From a virus (lineage: Duplodnaviria > Caudoviricetes): 64,000 nt of DNA. The DNA is taken from IMG/VR virus record IMGVR_UViG_3300026549_000895, positions 160,001-224,000 of that record; one strand, written 5' to 3'. Position numbers and translations under genes: made by a program. The notes below the pieces were generated by a model. The model saw only the letters and a list, made by a program, of their open reading frames with translations, was not told the DNA's origin and ran no database searches. Shown here one piece after another: positions 60,352-64,000 of this stretch; position 1 is the first letter of the stretch; every line of letters begins with the position of its first letter.

Positions 60352-62370
60352 TTATAACATTTCTTCACCCAGCATGTAATCGATAAACGAACGAGGACCA
60401 ACTGTCTTGATGTTCTCACGAGTTTCTGCAATTGATTGCATGAGTTGAGCCTTTGTATGTTCAGAAGCAAGACCTGTTGCAACGCTCTCTGAATTCTGCA
60501 ATGCGAGTTTCAGATTCAGCATCTGATACAATGGATCCGGTTTTCTCCAATCAGGACGAAGCATTCTGTTCTCACGAGCACGAATATGATTTGATATCAT
60601 AATCTCTCCATGTACCGAAGGAAGCGGAATTGTTTCAACAAACAGATCATTCAAATCATTTACAACATCCTCAATCTTATCATATGAAGACATTCTATTC
60701 TCGAACAGCTGTAAGATAGCCATGTAGTTTGCTGTCATCATGATATTGATCGGAATTACATCACACAGCGGTTTTCCGGAATTAACAACTGCAGATGATG
60801 AAATCTTGTAGTAACGATTATCATCATCTTCATACATTTTGGATACATCAAGGAATGAATCATCAAGGTGTAACGATGCATAATTCGAAATTCGTACATG
60901 AAGCATCTTCTTAGTTACGTACAAATCAAGATACTCAGAAATGTTTTCTGTGTAATTATCCTTGATGAATATGTCGAATCTCTTCTCTTCATCTGCAACA
61001 AACAGTTCAGAGTTTTCGAGGTTGAAGTAATCCTTACCCTCACCTTCGATATTTATCATCTCAGCATCAGTCTTCAGAAGATGCTTAGCTGACAAAATAT
61101 TCTGAGAAACACGAGATGTACAGATTTCTGTTGTATAGATAAAGCCACCTTTAAGATGTCCAACCTTGAGATGTTTTGTACCATAACAAAGATGACAAAC
61201 ATCCTGCTTGAGGTTACATGTACATGGTGATCTGAACCAGAGTGATTGACCAATAAGATGAGTATCTGTTGACTTAAGGATTCTCTCCTTACCCATATTC
61301 TTGGATGTGTAATAGAATCTACCCTCAAACTGTTTAAAGTTCTTCTCAGTAAGTTTGATATGGATAGGATTAACAGAACCACAATCCCATACTGTAGGAG
61401 ACAATGTACCATATGTCAGCATCATCAGATTGTGATTGAAGTAACCTGCCTTACCCATGTAATCCTTGTTCATCAAGTCAGGAACACGAGCTGCAATAGC
61501 TGCAATGTAAACAGCCTGCTTAGTCTTATATCCTCCAGAGAATCCGTTTCCATTTACTGTATACGGAACAATCTCTTGTCCATCAGGAGATTGACAAAGA
61601 TGAATATACAGTTCTTCCATCTGTTTTGGTTTCAGAATCTTGATATACTTATTACATTTGAAGAAAGGATTGTTTCGTTCAGTCATAATCTTTTCAAGTT
61701 CCTGATACTTCTCTTTGTTCTTTGCAACAATCTCAGCGGTCTGCATTGATTGAGGATATGTTGTATTATTGAGATCTCTGAATTCTTTGCATTCACGATA
61801 GTGATCCAACATCAGATTCTCTGCTGTAAAGACTGGCATTACTGCTTCGCCGAATATTTTAGTATATAACTTTATATCGAGAGAAACATCTGCCATGGTA
61901 TTCAACATCTCTATTTGAGAATATCCATATGATGCCAAAGTTTCAGTAATATTGTTGACGATTTCTTTACGACGTTTATCGGTTAATGCTTCGATAACTA
62001 AGAAATTATTTATATCTACGAATTCAATCCACTTGATGATTGGTCTGAGAAATGCCAATGAGAACATGAATCTGTTCAGAGGCAATGTATAAACAACTTC
62101 ATCATCAACGTCACATTTGAACTGAACGGGATGTTTATGAAGATATCTACCTTTCTGATCACGGAAGCCCCAACACATAACGGCAATATCAGTTATTCGC
62201 TGTTGTAGCATAGAAAATTTGTCGCCCGGATATCTATTGAGAATGATAGTTCCACCAATCTTTTCTTCCAAGGTTTCGACATCTTCAATGGTATCCAAAT
62301 ATTTTAAATCTTCAAATTCCGATTCGTTGTGTTCACAATCACAGTTTAATCTTAATCTCACAGAAATCAA
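60352..62370 (-). CDS. Multisubunit RNA polymerase, beta' C-terminal subunit
   Basis: Bridge-helix-like KAGYFNHNL, DCGS, zinc site RSPCTC..VCHLCYG, trigger loop SQNILSAKH. Confidence 0.88.
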   Translation of the reverse strand: MISVRLRLNCDCEHNESEFEDLKYLDTIEDVETLEEKIGGTIILNRYPGDKFSMLQQRITDIAVMCWGFRDQKGRYLHKHPVQFKCDVDDEVVYTLPLNRFMFSLAFLRPIIKWIEFVDINNFLVIEALTDKRRKEIVNNITETLASYGYSQIEMLNTMADVSLDIKLYTKIFGEAVMPVFTAENLMLDHYRECKEFRDLNNTTYPQSMQTAEIVAKNKEKYQELEKIMTERNNPFFKCNKYIKILKPKQMEELYIHLCQSPDGQEIVPYTVNGNGFSGGYKTKQAVYIAAIAARVPDLMNKDYMGKAGYFNHNLMMLTYGTLSPTVWDCGSVNPIHIKLTEKNFKQFEGRFYYTSKNMGKERILKSTDTHLIGQSLWFRSPCTCNLKQDVCHLCYGTKHLKVGHLKGGFIYTTEICTSRVSQNILSAKHLLKTDAEMINIEGEGKDYFNLENSELFVADEEKRFDIFIKDNYTENISEYLDLYVTKKMLHVRISNYASLHLDDSFLDVSKMYEDDDNRYYKISSSAVVNSGKPLCDVIPINIMMTANYMAILQLFENRMSSYDKIEDVVNDLNDLFVETIPLPSVHGEIMISNHIRARENRMLRPDWRKPDPLYQMLNLKLALQNSESVATGLASEHTKAQLMQSIAETRENIKTVGPRSFIDYMLGEEML

Positions 62371-62450
62371 CCTCCTATAGTTTATTTTTGAAATTAGAGT
62401 GTTAATATAAATTAGTAATTGAAGTTAAACTATTTATACGATTTAATTGT

Positions 62451-62476
62451 TACTCCCCGGATTAATCCGGGGAGTA
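62451..62476. terminator. GC hairpin (CCCCGG family)
   Basis: Perfect palindrome TACTCCCCGGATTAATCCGGGGAGTA. Confidence 0.7.
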
Positions 62477-62485
62477 TAACAGTTA

Positions 62486-64000
62486 TTAGTTATCAAGCAT
62501 TTCCTTGGTGAACTCGAAGTCGTCCAATAACTTCTTTCTTCCAAGAATGTCTTGCTTTGTCTTACCCGAAATGATATCAAGTTCTTTAGCAAGAGCATAT
62601 GCATCTGAAACATTGATTCTGATGAGTCTTCTTGTATTCGGATCCATCATCATTTCCTTTGTAGCGATAGCAGGATTTGAACCCAGACCTTTGTATCTGT
62701 CCTTTATTGCAGGATATCTCTTCTCTGTGAAGTTAAAGAATTCTGATAACAATGAAGCATATTCATCTCCATTGTATTTGTATTTAACAATCAGACCAAA
62801 CTTCTTCTGAGCATCGATAACATATTTGAGTTCATGAATTAATGAGTCATCTATAACAACAACGAAGTCTATCAGATTATGAACGCCATAAACCTGATTG
62901 TTGGATTCATCAAATCCAATTTCCTTGAAAGTACCAGAAGCCATGTTCAACCATTTCTTCCAATGCTTTCTGAAATCTTCAACAGATTCTCCATACTTTG
63001 CAAATCCAAAAGCTATTAATTCCAATAACTCTGGATTGGAACTTCTGGAGATTGCAACTTCGTGAAGCACATTGTTATATTCAAATGCATCTGTTATCAA
63101 TTCACGAGAAGTGAACTTGTCATCAACAATCTTGATGTTTCCAACGGACTCCAAGCATTTCTCAAGATATTCTGTCTTGTTTGCGATATACTGATAATTT
63201 TTCTTACCAGTTTTACCAGTTTCAATCTTATACAGAGGAGCTTCTGAAATATACAGTTTTCCTTCTGTAATGATTTCTGGCATCCATCTCCAGAAGAACA
63301 GAATAACCAGAACTCTAATCTGGAAACCATCAATATCCGCATCAGTCTGTATGATGATTCTTGAATACTTCAAGTTCTTAATATTGAATGTTGGTCCAAT
63401 ACCACATCCGAGAACTTTAATCAAATCTCTCCATATACGTGATTGAAGAACTCTATCAAGACTTTCGCTCCAAGCATTCAGAGGTTTACCCTGCAACAGA
63501 TATATTGCCTGGGTCTTTGGATCTCTGGCTGTACGAACACCACCTGATGCTGATTTTCCCTCACAAAGAGATATCTCGATAATGCGTTTATCATTCGATG
63601 AACACGAAATAAAGTTAGCAGGTTTCTCCCATGACTTGATAGCTTTGGTTTCCTTTGAAACATTTCGAGCTTGCTCTCCAGCTTTACGAACTCGATTGTT
63701 CTGAATAACTATTTCAACTAAATCATTGATATGAGAAGGATGAGCGCATATCTCTTCATATACAGCTTTCTCGATAGCATGTAACAGAGGACGAGGGAAC
63801 ACATAACTCTTTTCCTGCGAATTGAATATGTTAGCACAGTCAGTTTCACACTTAAGAACTACCTGAAGATGTGAGAGAACATCCTTCTTTAAATCATCAT
63901 CTTTCAAAGCCGGTTTCTTCTGAATAACCTTCTCTGTCAGATATTGAGTTAATCCATTGATAAGTCCATTCATATGCATTCCATTGTTGAATGTTGAAAT
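62486..64000 (-). CDS. Type IIA topoisomerase subunit B (GyrB/ParE-like), 5' end outside the window
   Basis: TOPRIM motifs EGKSA, LQGKPLN, TDADIDG and RYKGLG; the frame stays open to position 64000. Confidence 0.93.
   Translation of the reverse strand: MSTFNNGMHMNGLINGLTQYLTEKVIQKKPALKDDDLKKDVLSHLQVVLKCETDCANIFNSQEKSYVFPRPLLHAIEKAVYEEICAHPSHINDLVEIVIQNNRVRKAGEQARNVSKETKAIKSWEKPANFISCSSNDKRIIEISLCEGKSASGGVRTARDPKTQAIYLLQGKPLNAWSESLDRVLQSRIWRDLIKVLGCGIGPTFNIKNLKYSRIIIQTDADIDGFQIRVLVILFFWRWMPEIITEGKLYISEAPLYKIETGKTGKKNYQYIANKTEYLEKCLESVGNIKIVDDKFTSRELITDAFEYNNVLHEVAISRSSNPELLELIAFGFAKYGESVEDFRKHWKKWLNMASGTFKEIGFDESNNQVYGVHNLIDFVVVIDDSLIHELKYVIDAQKKFGLIVKYKYNGDEYASLLSEFFNFTEKRYPAIKDRYKGLGSNPAIATKEMMMDPNTRRLIRINVSDAYALAKELDIISGKTKQDILGRKKLLDDFEFTKEMLDN

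Noticed and set aside
5152-62476. Palindromic repeats as a CRISPR array or transposon ends
   Set aside because: Dispersed single copies at gene ends with variable sequence; no spacers, cas genes or transposase
1-64000. Stop-codon reassignment, introns or inteins
   Set aside because: Long genes tile the window in the standard code with short gaps; no intein termini or interrupted core genes were seen, and the tRNA is not a suppressor

Overview
AT-rich, gene-dense segment of a jumbo myophage genome of the phiKZ/AR9-PBS1 type that encodes its own multisubunit RNA polymerases. The host is probably a Firmicute, judging by strong AAAGGAG ribosome-binding sites and a Gram-positive-type amidase endolysin. 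Replication and transcription genes: a family-B DNA polymerase split into two genes, a third minimal polymerase-palm-like gene, type IIA topoisomerase A and B subunits about 50 kb apart, an SF2 helicase, ThyX, a DHH phosphoesterase, RusA, a degenerate FEN/RNase H-like protein, and RNAP beta C-terminal and beta' C-terminal subunits. Virion genes: a T4 gp21-like prohead protease, the major capsid protein, many inner-head proteins, a 2398-aa tape-measure/lysin, baseplate wedge proteins and a tail fibre. There is one tRNA-Gln(UUG). Most notable: (1) Inner-head proteins look like protease-cut polyproteins (hydrophobic-X-E/[AS] sites) carrying enzyme or immunity cargo. The clearest case is a near-intact SMI1/KNR4 (SUKH) immunity domain bracketed by a 33-bp direct repeat and a predicted cleavage site on each side, fused to a HEXXH metallopeptidase. 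(2) A tract of five G5 runs with G-quadruplex potential lies in a non-coding gap. (3) A rod-like structured non-coding element abuts the tRNA. (4) A dispersed family of CCCCG..CGGGG hairpins mostly lacks U-tails. (5) There are candidate early and late phage promoter motifs. All protein calls come from motif recognition by eye; no searches were run.
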